From Camelus dromedarius (taxonomy: Eukaryota), in NCBI RefSeq assembly GCF_036321535.1, contig NC_087451.1, forward strand, positions 34,286,001 through 34,350,000: DNA of 64,000 bases, given 5' to 3'. The position numbers and the translations under genes are program-made. The notes below the pieces were generated by a model, which saw only the letters and a list, made by a program, of their open reading frames with translations, searched no databases and had not been told where the DNA came from. This document shows positions 48,324 to 61,565 of the stretch, one piece after another. Numbering within the stretch: position 1 is the first letter of the stretch; every line of letters begins with the position of its first letter.

Positions 48324-51300
48324 GAGCCTAGTACATCTCAGCACTGACCACGTGGTCTCAAAATTCTTGGCTGAGGTGTTAATGGTCCCTGTAGACTCGC
48401 CCAGGACAGACTGTCCTGATTATCTTTGTGTCCCCAGCACCCCGCACGGTTCCTGGATCACAGGTTACAAACATGTCAATCTTGAGGGTTCCCACAGAGG
48501 CTGAGCGACACGCCTGAGGTTACACAGTTTGTAACAGGTAGAGCTGAGGTCCCCTGAATCCCAGTCCAGTAGCCTTGGCAGTACTGGGGGGTTGGACTGT
48601 CTCTGATCATTTAGATCAGCAGAGAACCCAGAAAAACAGGGTCAGTTATTAGCTTTGAAACGTATGTACCTAACTTTGAAGGTAGGCTCACACTCACAAT
48701 TACATATTTTGGGGGGGCTGGTGTGAGGGTGAGTGTACACTCCTGCTGTCTCCCCTGATGGAACAGTGATGGGAAGAGGCAAGTCTGAGCTGTCAAACTC
48801 CCCCCAGGGTCAGTGAGAGCGAACTGGGTCTCCTCTTGGCTGGGACTTGCTGTCTTCAAGCCTAGCCCTTTGGGACTCCGGATACTTGAAACCCACTCTG
48901 AGCTCAGCTTCTGCCTGAGTCGTCTTGGGACATGCATTGCCCCACCCAGCACGTCCACTTCCTTCCGACTGGCACCATGTCTCTTCTGCAGGACAGGCAC
49001 AGACCTGCTTTCTGTGATTTGTGTCTTCCACTCGCCTCCTCGGCCCGAGAGACCTACCCGTCCACTCTGGACACTCGTTGGTATTGTCCATATGTGGCCT
49101 TATGCACAGATGATTTTCTTTATCAACCCAATTGAAACAATCAGCAAAATAAATCTTATGAAGCAACTTTAAAAAGCACCATATTATAGATTTCAATGTC
49201 AATCCAATTTTTTTAAATTCATCCATTACTACTATTTATTTCTTTTTCAAACAGCAATAGGGTAAGCCAGAAAAGGGGTGGGAGCAGGTCGTCTTGGTTT
49301 AAATCAACAAATATTTATGCCACAGACATTTATATGCCAAGGACTGTCTTCAATCTTCCCTGGGGATTCTCAGCAAGTGGCAGAAGAATCTGTCTTATCC
49401 TTGATGCTTAAATAAGACGTCTCATGGTGCTGGGAGTGTTAAGCTGGTGAGTATTTAGGTGTGTTCTGCACTCAGCCCCAGGGGCTTCCTAAATCCAGAG
49501 TTGAGTTCTGCCCTCTCCTAGACTTTTAGAAGAATCCGGGGTAGGATCCAGAGCACCGCAGAGTCCCTGCCTCGGCGCCATGCGGAGCCTTCTCGAGCAA
49601 GGAGGCTTCCTTCTAAGCCTGTAGGCTCCCTGCTGTCTGACCCCAACCATCTCCCCTTGCTTCAAATTACAAGCAGGACTGGGGGCCAAGATCCAGCCAA
49701 ATGCATCCCAGTTCTCACTAAGGAGGCAAACCACGCTGCCAGCCAGCAGGGTTTGGCTACAAAAGCCCAAGAAGAAGCAAGTTTGTGTGTGTGTCTCTAC
49801 CTGCAGCTTCTCTCTGCGGAAGTCACACGTTTCTTCAACGGCTTTGATATTTATAGGTGAGCAGTGTTGCCGGGGATGCCCTTTGGGGGAGCTTTAAATG
49901 TGGCATGTGAAACTGGCTAATTTAATTGGCTTCATCTACGGTAAGGACACCATCGCTGGTTCAGTCCCCTTTGCATTTAACTAGCCTGGCTCTATTCAAG
50001 GCACTGCTGATCCAAGGTGGCACTTTTATAAATGAAGAGCCTTGGTCCAAAATGGAACCAGGAGGAAGGATGTGTAAGGATCATGTTCTCGGTCTACTCC
50101 CAGCACCCATGATCACCTTCCCTCCTCATCACCACCCCACCTCACCCCCTGTCACACACTTGATCTCCAGTTTGGTTTGTCAGTTTCTCGATATTCCTGT
50201 GATGAGCAGGGGAGTGACTCGAGGAGAAGTCTGGTAGTTCTTCACCATGGGGTTCTGGGGGAGGACTGGCCCTGGGTTAGAGATGCAGAGTCTTTGCTGT
50301 TGGTTCTTTTGCAGATGTGGGGATACTTTGGAATCCAGAAACCCTGAAAAGAAAGAGTCGCCCATTCTCTATGTTACGGTCACTCGTTGATTCATTGATT
50401 CACCAAACGTCTGCCGTCCTCCTCTCTGTGGGGGACAGGCACGGTGCTTCCTACGTGAAATGTGTTGGTTTCCTAGGCAATGCTGGGTGAGGTCATTGTC
50501 ACTTCTGTAGAAAAGTCCTGGATGGAAGTCAAGAAATAAAGTCTTCACTGGGTGACCCTGAGCAAGTCACTTCCCGCCTCAGGGATTCACGTCTGTCCCC
50601 CGAGTTCCCTTGCAGTTCTGACGCTCCGTGTGTCTGCTCTGGCGGCAGGGAGAACCCGGACTCAGCTGCCAGGAGGCGCCTCCCTCGCCCCTCTGCTCCC
50701 GAGGGCCACACCTGATGGGGCCAGCCCTCACTCTCCCTGCAGGCGCATCCTCGAGAGTCCTCCTCTTCCTTATCCTCTCTTCCTGCAAAGATGAGGAGCA
50801 GACGAAAAGAGGAAGAGGGGTGCAGAGAGAAAAACAAAACGCAAGAGCCGCGTGCCTTCCTATAGCGAGCTGAGCGCTCAGGTTGGAACCTGAACGAAAC
50901 GGTGTCACCGCGCACCTTGGCTGTTACCTGACGGGGGAGTCCAAATGGGTGTTCTCTGTCAAGTCAGCGATTGTGGTTCAGAGTGAAGACCGATTTATAT
51001 ACACATCACCGTGGCGACGTTTAGGTAAACCGGCTCAGAGGCCCGAGGATGGATATTATGGGATGGCTTCCTTTCTCCTTCTTTTTTTCTTTCCTCTCTG
51101 AACACTCGCCTAAGGTAAAGAACAGTTGAGCTGGATTAATTGACTCCTTTTTAGAGATTTCTTACCTTTGGATGTATTTGGCTCTGAAATTGTTGGTGGA
51201 AATTCAGCTAAGCTGTCAGCCCAAGGCGCTCTGGGGTCCTTGTGTTGTATCGGGAACGGGAGGGTGTGGCTGGTGATTCACATTGAACCCGATTGATCGC

Positions 51301-54061
51301 GATGCTCCTGGGAGAAGGGACTGCGTGTACGTGTGTGTAGGGGTGTGTGTGTTTTGGAGTAGGGATGGTGGTGGCAACTTTGATTTGGGTGTCCACCTTC
51401 TCCATTCAGATGCCATCTCTCTGTCCTAGATTGCCTCCGAAATGGTCATATCCAGTGACACCCAAGGTGTCTTTTGTCTGCTCAGCCAGAATTTGAGCCA
51501 TTGTCTTCCTGGCATCCCATGATCACACACCAGCAGGATCCTGGAAAGCCAAAATGAGCCTCTTCCAAAGGGGCCCAGAGCAGGTGCGGGAATCAACTTC
51601 CTGCCCCTTATTCCCCCCGGGGTTGCCGCTAGAAACCCGCACACGCTTATTTATAAAACAACGAGTCTCTTGGACTCCACTGGTTATTTTATTTGATTGC
51701 TTTTCCGACTTAGATTTCAGTGCTAGAAGCATCAAGCTCACCTGGGTGCAAAAAATAGCTCCAGTAAGTACTGTTATAGGGGCTACTGGAACTCATCTCC
51801 CAAAGATGGGGGGCAGCCTTCAGGCTGGAGCAGAAGTCTCATTTGCCAGGGTCCGTGAGCCCTACAAAGGTGGGCGTTGGCGTGGGGAGTCACAGGGGCA
51901 ACTGGTGGAATTTTTTTGGAGTCAATTCCCTACTCTACACTTTCTCCCAAAGTTTGTGAAATATTATTTAAACTCTCCTATCAATTGGGACAAAGACTGG
52001 ATATTCATTCTCAAGACAAAACATCTGAAAAGTTACAACTTCTACAGGTGTGAGCCTTACCTTTGCAGTAAACAGGTACCTACACATCCATGTACATACA
52101 TGGAAAATTAGAAGTGGAAACATTTTAAATGTATTTAAGGAGCTCATCAGAGGAAATCCTTGACAATTCCTTTGTGAAGTGCATTGTTTCTTTTAATTTT
52201 TCTGTTACCCAGATTTTTCTGCCTTAGGTTGGCTTAGAATAAAGTGTCCCACAGCTTAGGACAAACAAACAAACAAAAAAATGGGCTTGGCCTGAGTAAA
52301 ATTCAGAGTAAGCAAAAAAGGTCTTTGGCATCTTCATACCTTTCCTTCTGAGACCCACTTAGCATTTTGGGGACATGTGGGCGTCTTTTCTCTTGGTCTC
52401 TAAAGTTGCTTAGGTCATGTTTTTTCTTTATAAATGAAATGCTCTTGTTCAGAAATTTTGTTTGTTTGTTTGTTTGTTTGTTTTATGTTTTAGAAGCTTT
52501 TATGGCACAGAGACTCCTAAGAAACCAAGAATTTCTATAATCACCTTTAACATATATTGACCCCCACTCCTTTGAGAAACTCAACTTTTTTGCCATCTCC
52601 CAAAACAACCCCCCTTTGGCTATTCAGAGTATTTAGTCAGCAACTTCACAGGAAGAAATAAGAAAAGCTAACAGAAGGAGGCTGTGAGGATACTGGACAG
52701 AGATGGAACAAATCCACTGCAGACTGTAGAGTGCCTTCCAGCTCTGGGCTTGAGTCGACAAGGAACTCCCAGGGCTCTCCTAGCTTAAAGACCCAGAGGC
52801 ATCACTTCTCTGGTCTTTCCTGGGCTCTGATCGATTTCAATATAATTCCGGTCTTGGCAACAGAGACTTCGAAGCCAAAAGTAGACTCTGTATACTTTGA
52901 TCCTTAAGAAAACTGGAACAAATCTATTTGTTTATTTAAATTAAAAAAAAAGAAGAAGAAAAAGAAAAAGAAGCCAAGGGTGAGTTTCCCTGGGGTGTGG
53001 TGCGAGAATTGTGCTGGGAAAGAAAGGACATGGTCCAAGCAAACACTGCTGAGCGAAGTCTTCCAGCTGGACTGGGTTCCTAACAGTTTCTCCGGGCAGA
53101 GTGGGAGATCCACTCTCAGATAAAGAGCAATGCATCATCCTCGGAGCAGCAGCTGGGCAGGCAGCCAGGCTGGGAAGAACAATGATTTCCTCGCTTTTAA
53201 ATTCGATTATTAGTTCATATTTATTGGAAGCCTGCGGTGCATTTAGCTTTGGAGCCAACATGCAAGAAGAGTCAGCCTCATGGGATTCATTTTTTCCTAT
53301 TAACTTTTTCCATTTTTCATCAACTGAGTCAGCATCTCACTAGTTAAGAGATGTTGAGCCAGATCTCACCTGATCAGTGTATAAGCTACTCAGATGGTTC
53401 CTCCCCTCCCTTTCCTCCCAGCCCCGAGGTCAAATTGGCCGGTTCCTCTCCCTCACGCCCATTTCCACCTCTTTCTGCATCTGTATCAATCAGGTGGAAT
53501 GGCCTATTTCCTTTAAAATTCCTCTAGGATTGATGGTTTTCTATCATTGCCTGGAAACAAACCAGTTCAGTGTAGAATAAGGTTATTTTCACTCGCTTTG
53601 AGAATAGAAGGAAGAGAGAATGGGTCAGGAGACAGGCATTTTTTCCCCTCTTTGTTTTGAATATATATTGAATGTTACCGTCGCTAGTCTCACTATTATA
53701 TGAATCTAGCTCCCTCCTCCATAGCCTCCTTACGAGACAGACCGTGTTCTTGGCCTCATTTTACAAATGTGGAAACAGAGGCTGAAAAATCTCTGGGGAA
53801 ATTTCTAAGCCTGAAGGTTAATGTTTGTCTTCCCACCTGTTCCCTGGATGAACCACTCCGTGCACTGCTTTCCTCAGTTTTGAATGCTGGTCAGAGCCCG
53901 ATGTCCTAAAAACTCAAAAGCCAGTGGAGAAGCAGTAAGTGGCATTGCCGACTTCTCCTCTGGGAACAGAGTTAAAGCTCAGGTTTGTAGAAATGTTTAT
54001 AATGAGAGGTCTGACATGCACGGCATCCTGAAGCTTATAGCATCCTTTTAAGAACACATGG

Positions 54062-54123
54062 TAGGAGAGAGTATAGCTCAGTGGCAGAGTGTGTACTTAG
54101 CATGCACGAGGTCCTGGGCTCAA
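54062..54123 (+). mobile_element. Camelid tRNA-Ala-derived SINE head (runs into gap)
   Basis: gagtatagctcagtggcagagtgtgtacttagcatgcacgaggtcctgggctcaa. Confidence 0.9.
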
Positions 54124-54252
54124 NNNNNNNNNNNNNNNNNNNNNNNNNNNNNNNNNNNNNNNNNNNNNNNNNNNNNNNNNNNNNNNNNNNNNNNNNNNNN
54201 NNNNNNNNNNNNNNNNNNNNNNNNNNNNNNNNNNNNNNNNNNNNNNNNNNNN
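54124..54252. other. Assembly gap (129 N) covering the SINE tail
   Basis: Run of N. Confidence 0.99.
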
Positions 54253-56169
54253 GCATTTGCTCCCAACACCAAGCTGTAGCTCTCTTATTTTCAAATTGCA
54301 CTTTTCAGGAGTCCATTGAAAAACCAAGGTGTCAGGGGATAAACCCAGCCTAGATGCACCCAGGGGCAGAGCTGCTTGCCTACTTGTCAAACAAGCTGGT
54401 GGCTGTCTGAAGGTTGGGCAATCTCACCCAGCGAGTCCAGATGGAGTGCGCACTGGCGACCCTCCCTGGGGATGGATTGCCAGTGTTGGTGCTACCTGAG
54501 GTTCCCTCTAATGAGGAATTGTTTCAGCTCCTCTGTTTGCCCATTAGATGAGCTCTGGGTGAAACAATTTGGATGTAAGTGCTACAGGGGTTTGCAAATG
54601 AGGTTTTTGCAATAGCTTGATGTTTTCCTTCTGGGGATGCAGTGGATTGTGGTTGACGGCCAGGTGCAGAATAGTTTATAGACTGCCAATAGTGGAAGCC
54701 AAGAACAGAGGGAGCTGATGGCAAAAACACTATCCTCTGGAATATTTCATAGATGCCTCATGGATGTCCCTGAGAAAATCAAGGTAGACTGTAGAATGTC
54801 AAGTTTCCACCCAGATTGCTCTGGGTCTAGAAGAAGTTTATCTTCACAGGAGGTTAATCAAACACATTGCTAAGTTCTGGGTTAGCCCCGGGATTCAGTG
54901 ATCTGAAGGGGGAGCAAGTTAGGTAGTCGTGGGGTGATTTCTTGTTTTCAGAAGGGTTAGTAGATCACTCTGATCTGGGAGGAGTTGTGGTGCCCACAGG
55001 GTCATTTCCAAGAGAGCTGGCATTTCCAAAATCGCACTTCAGTGCGAGATGTCAGCATCATGGGACTAAAACCGGGAGTCTAAGCAAGGCAGGTCCTCTG
55101 AGATTCCAGCGGGCTGGCTGAACAAGCTCTTTCTCCCTGAGCAGGCAGGGCTCCAAATGATGCAGCTGAATGGGACAGATGGCACAGTTTTGGCCAACAG
55201 CCACTGACCAGTCAATTTCCAGACCTCTCTGTGGGCAGGCAGTCCTGACAAAGCCACCGAAGTCTGCCTGAGTTGGGCTCGTGGGTACACGCAGGTGTTG
55301 ACTTTGATGGACTATACTTGGCTCCAAATCTGCTCAGATTAAACCAAGACAGACTTGCAATTTGCAAATACATATATTTTTGTGTCGATGTAGACCCTCA
55401 TGTCTAGCCCCAACCCCCTCTTTATGCCATAAATACTTAAGATGGTGATCTTTCCTGTTAGTTCTTCCCAAAACCTAATATGAGATGCTCCAAAGAGTGA
55501 GTGGGTGACCAGCGTTATTGGATAGCCTGAGATTCTTCTTCTAGACGCTCCCTCCACCTGCCGAGGAGTCCCCCTCTCACTGCCGTGGTACCTATACCTC
55601 GGAGGTGACATTCTGGGAGCTTTGGACTGATAACAGGTAATCGGCCCAGTTCTGTATAACTTTTGAAATGTTTCAAAACTTCTTAAACTTCACTTTTCTC
55701 ATCTGTCAAAGGGTCCTTGTTAGAATTCACATGTATCGTGTGCTCACATGGACCAAGCACTGCGGGTGTGATCTCGTTCAGTTCCCGCAGATGACCCCGT
55801 GGGACTGTGCTGGGCATTCTCGGTTCTCCTCTTGTGTACCCTGCTCTGTGCCCCAACAGGCTGAGCTCAGGGGTCACTGTCAACAGGCTGCCCTGCCCTT
55901 GGCCTCCAGCAGGGTTCCGCCAAGGAGGGGAGGAGAGGAAAGCGGGCCATCTCCCCATCAGAGTTCACAGCTCCTGGTAAGATGCATCGCTCTTCTGAGA
56001 TCTTGCTCTTTGGTCCTGGAGGACGGCCCCCACTGTTTCCAGCCCGAGGGAGAGCACTTGCCCTCGATAGTTCCTTTGTAAGTCGTTCCTTTATTAAACT
56101 CTCCTTAAATTACCCAGCGGGAGTGTGCCTCTGTTCCTGCCAGAACCCTGACTGGTACAGAAGTAGCTG

Positions 56170-56290
56170 CTAACCTGCTTCCCATTTTACAGGCAAAGAA
56201 ACGGAAGCTGAGAGAGGCTAAGTGACTGAGGCCACACCCAAGAAGAGGTAGAATGGGGATTCAGATCCAGGTTGGTCTGATCGCAGAACC
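56170..56290 (-). mobile_element. MIR SINE
   Basis: cccattttacaggcaaagaaacggaagctgagagaggctaagtgact...ggattcagatccagg. Confidence 0.8.
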
Positions 56291-57049
56291 TCATGAAGGC
56301 TGGCTGCACCTCAGCACTTCTGAAAGGTCCCTTGTTGTGCTGACAGTCTCTGACAAAGGCACCCACAGTTCCTCAGCCGCCGAGCGTTGCTCTCGAAGCC
56401 CACCCCTCCCCCACTCTGCCTCCGAAGAGGGGAATTGTGATGCTATGTCTGCCTTCTTCTCATGCCATCGTCATGGGGACAAAAGACACGAGTGTGTGCG
56501 GCAGATGATCTGGTCTGGGGTGCAGACTGCACCGCAGTCCTCAGAAGCCGCTGGCGGAGTCACTGAGCCTGGCTTCCTTGGTGCCATGTCCCCTCATCTG
56601 CGGGACACAGCACGGAAGGAGTGGTCCAGGGGACACGGGGCCTGCAGAGCTGCTCACCTCATGCTGGAGTCATTCCTGAGAGCACAGATTTACTTCCAGG
56701 AAGTGGGCTCGACCCCTTTCCCGTGCATCTTCAGAGCTGGGTCATAGAAAACGCAGGTGTCTTGAGAGGAGGCTCGGCACTTGCCTGGTTTTGTGCAGAT
56801 TCCCTGTGCTCCCCTTCCCACAGATGCATTGATGCCAGCGGGCGCAGGTCAGCCGGTTAATATGGTAAGTGATCGTGCTACCGAGAGAGTGAATGAGTGG
56901 GAGAGGTGATCTTACTTTGACAGCACTGAGGGAGCAGAGGATGGTGCTTCTAAAAGCAACTGAATCATGTCCCATTCCTCTTTCAGAACACAGACTAAGG
57001 TCAGGGCCAAGAGAAGGCATTTTCTGGGAAATTAGCAGTGCTGGGAATA

Positions 57050-57210
57050 CGGCTGGGAAAATAATAAATGATAATAGATATCATTTAGAGAGTGTGACCC
57101 GAACTGGGCATCGCACTAGTGAGGTTTGCCATGCATGATCTCGTTCAGCTATTGCAACTCCATGAGGTGGATAGAGTCACCCCCATTTTACAGATGAGGA
57201 CGTTGACGGT
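57050..57210 (-). mobile_element. MIR SINE
   Basis: caactccatgaggtggatagagtcacccccattttacagatgagg. Confidence 0.75.
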
Positions 57211-57963
57211 CCCTGAGAAAATGTCCATTAGTTCCAGATTTCCTTTTCGAATAAGTAGCTGCATCGGGATTAAAAGGTGGATCTGTCCTCAGACCTTAGA
57301 ACTCGGGCTAATTATTCAAAACTCTGGGTTGGATGCCTGGTATTTATGGTCTGTTAATCCAGCCTCGTAGGGATGGTCTAGAGGCAGCGCTAACCTCCCA
57401 CCGCACCTATAACCTCGCCACCCAAGGAATTTCTCTCCCCACATGATTCCTTCTCACCCCGTCCCCCCTTTCCTGAGGTTTCTCTTTTGCCAGGTTCCTC
57501 TTCTCCTCGTTGTGAAATGGTTTTCTCTCTGTTGTTGCCTGTCCCGGCCCTGAGGCGGGAGGTGCTGAAATGGATTCGCTAGCGTTTGCCCTGACCTGTC
57601 TGTCGCAGCTCACACCACACCAGGGGATGCTTTGCCTCTCAGCTTTATTAATCATTTCAATTTGACACTGTGTGTGTTTTACGGTCTTCGCTTCCGCCCC
57701 CACTTTGCCCCCATTCAATTGTGTTTACCTTTTAAAGCAACACTGGAAGGGAAAAATCTATTCCTCCTGCCAGATGTTTAAAAAAAAAAAAAAAAAGAAG
57801 AGAAAAGAAAAGAAAAACGCTGCCTGGACACACACAGACATTTCTGCCTCCAGTTTTCCTCTTTAACACACACGGAGACATCCGAGAGGTAAGCAGACCT
57901 CAGCTCCTCGCTTTTAACGATGAGCAGCAGGCACGTCGTCCTGGGGTATGAGGACCTCTAAAG

Positions 57964-58100
57964 CAACGCCTCTCACGCTTTCATGTGCACGTAAACCGCC
58001 TGGGGCTCATGTGAAGAGACAGATTCTGATTCCGTAGGTCTTGGGTGGAATCTGAGAGGCTGCATTTTGTGCCAGGGAGGAGCCAGGTGGTACTTCACAT
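57964..58100 (-). mobile_element. MER5A MITE
   Basis: cagattctgattccgtaggtcttgggtggaatctgagaggctgcatttt. Confidence 0.8.
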
Positions 58101-59829
58101 AGGCTCCGAAGTTTTCCCTTCCCTCTCTTTCCCCCGATGTGTCTCCACTCTCTGTCATTCTAGGAAGGGTGCCCTTGCCTCGGAAGCTCTCCTGGGCTTC
58201 CCGGCCCTGCAGCATCTCCCGCCAATGTCCAACTCCGTGGTCGCCCCTTACGGCTGAGGGCCTTTTATGGTTTAGGTTGGAGTCTCCCTGCTAAGCCCTT
58301 CCCAGGAGAACAGTTAGTTGTCCCTGGCTGGGAGACAAAAGAAGTGCATTTTGCTGGAGCCAGTTTTCCCCCAAACGCTAATGGCACCTTTATCTCCGGG
58401 TAATTAAAGCTCTGACTGGTGAATGCATAATTGCGCATAAGCCGGACTAAAATGATCACCGTGGTCTTTCATCTTTTAGCTGACTTCGTGCAGACGGTAA
58501 CAGTCTCAGGCGTGCTCGGGGAGGATGGCTGTTTGGAGGTGTCTGGGTTGGGTGGAGTCATCTGGGGGGCCGGCCACTCCCACAATTACTGTGGTGAGTG
58601 ACGGCCAGAGCTGTCTCTGTCTCCATGAAGCAGTGGCTTTGGGTGGCTGGAGGGGCACCGGGGAAGGCATACAGTTTGTCAGGATTTGCCAGACTGCTTG
58701 GAGGTTCAAGCCCATGGATCTGGTCCACTTCTGCCTCTGGATGAAGGGGCGGCAGGGCTCTGCGCAGACTCTGGTACCTGGGCCACTGCCCTGCCCTGGA
58801 CCCCTCCCTGTTTGAGAACAGGCTCCTTCTTCATTCTGATGGCCTTTGACCACAGCTATGTTGGTGTCACTGTCATCCGGTGACCATCCCGCCCAGATCT
58901 GGGTCAGGGCTGACTTCAGACTTCTCTCTTCCTGGGAAGATGCTCATGGAAGCAGGGAAGGTGCTGGGTAAACGTCTGGGTCTCAAAACCCCTGAACAGA
59001 AAGAGTCCTGTAGAGGGATCATAGAACTTGTGGGTCCTAGACATCGAAGGTGCTCAAAACCCCCCTCTCCCTCACCTGAGCTCTGCCACAGACGATACTT
59101 GGTTAAACTCTTCTGCATCTCAGATTTCTCACTTGTGAACAGGGGATTATTGTAGCAACATCACATGATGGATTCAGCAAGATGCAGTGTGTTCTGGCTT
59201 AGCACATGGTCTGGCTATTGCTTTGGGTATTCCTGTGCCTTGGTATGCCCCTCGGGTGCCGCAGATCAATCGCAATTGTTTGAAATCACCACCTTGGAGG
59301 CTTCTCTTCCTCCCTAACAGATCCTTCAAAGCTGTTGGACCACGTGGGTTGCCAAGAGGCAGGTGTAATCGACTGTTTCTTTAAATGGTCGGTATGGGCT
59401 TATAATGAACTCGCGTCTGATCCCCACAAGCACGAGGACGATTATGTGGGGGCCAATTAGCTAGGCCTAAACATCCATGATAAAATGAAGGGAGTAATCT
59501 GACGGCATTCAGGAATGAGCAGACCTTTGATGGGTAGCTACCACCTGCCAAGCTCCGCGCTCTGTGTTTTTCACAGACGTTAATTTATCTTCGCCGCATG
59601 ACAGATACCTACACTTTCATACGACACGTGAAGAAGAAAGAGCTTAGAGAGGTGGCCCTCCCAGTTTATGTCACTACTAACTAATCCATGCTAGGCACCC
59701 CTGTCCCCATAAAGACGTTGACACCACTGTCCTTTTAGCCTGACTTTCCGGCCCCTTTATTTCTATTCTCAAATCATACACAAGTTTCTCAAATGTGCCT
59801 CCCTTCCCCTAGAAGACATTCATTCTTCA

Positions 59830-60620
59830 GTCCCCTAAAACTAGGCTCCATCGACACTGTCACCCAAAGGTCAACAATGACCTACCTCTTCACTGTCAAA
59901 TTCAATCATCTTTTCTCACTAGGTCTTCTCTGTCTTTTCCGGCACATTCCGTATTCGATGGACGCGTTTCCCTTCGACTCGAAGACGGTGGACCACACCC
60001 ATTCCTCTCCTTCCCCTTTACTCACCACGTCTCTCTCTGCTGCCTCTTCTTCCATCCCCATACTTGCCACTGGGGCCTGATTCACATCCTATTCCTTGAA
60101 CAACTCTCCTAATATGTCGCGACTTCAGCTCTACCCTCTGTGCTGACCTTTGTCAAGTTGTGGGTTTTCAGACTTTTCACCCAACAAGCTGCAGGCACGT
60201 GTACCCCAGCTGTATCTCTCTCGAGGTCTTGCCATGATTTCCACACGTCTGAATTGGAAGTCTCTGTCGCTCTTTGATTTTTCTTTCACTTTCTGATCTC
60301 TCTGTTTGCCAGTGTCCCGTGGCCCTTTGAGGACACATCTCAGCAGTCACACATCTTTGGCTGCTGTGTAGTCTGACCCTTCCCATCCAAATCCTACGGT
60401 GTCATTCCTGGCCACGCCACCCCATCCCCTTTACGAGGCCCTGAACACCTCCCCTCTGGCTTCTTGGCATGATTTCCCAAATGCTTTAAATTTTTTCATT
60501 TGTTCTCCGTACTAGGACACGCTACACAACACAGCCAAAGTATTTATTCTCCTGGAAATGCTGCTTTTACTGTATTTGTCTGCCTGGAAAGCCTGCAGAA
60601 CAAGTGACACATGCCTGGGC
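59830..60620 (+). mobile_element. L2 LINE relic
   Basis: Pyrimidine-rich L2-like sequence (cacccaaaggtcaacaatgacc...gacttcagctctaccctctgtgctgacc...ctttacgaggccctg). Confidence 0.55.
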
Positions 60621-60704
60621 TTGAGAAGTTCTCCAGGACCTCTGTGTCTTTCTAACCTGCTCTCCCACTGCCCACCTACAGAAACTCTTGGCTCAAGTCA
60701 AATT

Positions 60705-61135
60705 AGACTGTGTTCTAATTAGGATTCAGTTCAACTGCCGGTAACACTAGAGCCTCAAATAACAGAGACTTAAACTACACCGGGGCCTATTTCTCTCTTA
60801 TTTCAAAGAGCAAGGACAGGCAGCCCCGGCCTGGAAGGAGAGCTGTGCTCCACTGGGGGCCCGGGGACCCAGGCTGCTTCTGCCATGTTTCACGTTACTC
60901 CCCCTTGTGTGACCTCCAGTCCCAAGGTCACCCTTGATGCGGATTAGCCATTTCAGATCCAACTGTCCTACTCACAGTCCAGCCAGAAAGGAGGAAAGAA
61001 TGAAGGGTACTTTTCCCTTTTAAGGCTATTTTCTGACGTTGTATAGATGACTTCCACTTAAATCTCACTGGTCAAAATGTAGTCACATGACCACATGCAG
61101 GTGCCAAGGAGGCTGGGAAATGTCTGTTTACTGTT
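60705..61135 (-). mobile_element. Old MLT1 (J/K-type) LTR
   Basis: caaataacagagacttaaact...cactggtcaaaatgtagtcacatgaccacatgcaggtgccaaggaggctgggaaatgt. Confidence 0.8.
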
Positions 61136-61434
61136 GGCAGGGGAAATGTTTGTGCCTGGCTAAGATTCAGGGTTTTGTTGTAAAAGTAAAAAAGGTGAGA
61201 AAGGCTATTGTGAATAACCAGTAATCCTTGCTGCAGCCAACCCTTTCTTTTCCTCGCAAGCCATGGCTATTTTTGTCACCGTGCTGCCATGCAAATTGAT
61301 GTCTTTGCCTGACACACTCTCTGACTTCTCTAAATCCTGCTTCTCAGAGAAGTCGTCTCCCAGAAAGAAATGAGCACTGAGCTTGGGGTTGCTCGGTACC
61401 AACCAATCCCAGCTTTCCCACCCTCCCTTGCCAT

Positions 61435-61565
61435 GAGACTCTGAACTCACTGCCTCTGTGCCTCAGTTTTCTCCTCTGTCAAATGGGGTCACAAGACTCA
61501 CATTGGTTATTGTGATGATTACACGGTGGGGGTAGTTTGCATTAAGCACGTAGCATATGAACTAG
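61435..61565 (+). mobile_element. MIR SINE
   Basis: cctctgtgcctcagttttctcctctgtcaaatgggg...gttattgtgatgatt. Confidence 0.75.

Noticed and set aside
49807-51770. Possible small exons (49807-49856; 51721-51763) bounded by consensus AG/GT signals
   Set aside because: Consensus splice pairs arise often by chance in 64 kb, and the peptides are not recognisable; RNA-seq would be needed.
51554-52111. 185-aa ORF
   Set aside because: No recognisable domain or codon pattern; treated as a chance ORF.
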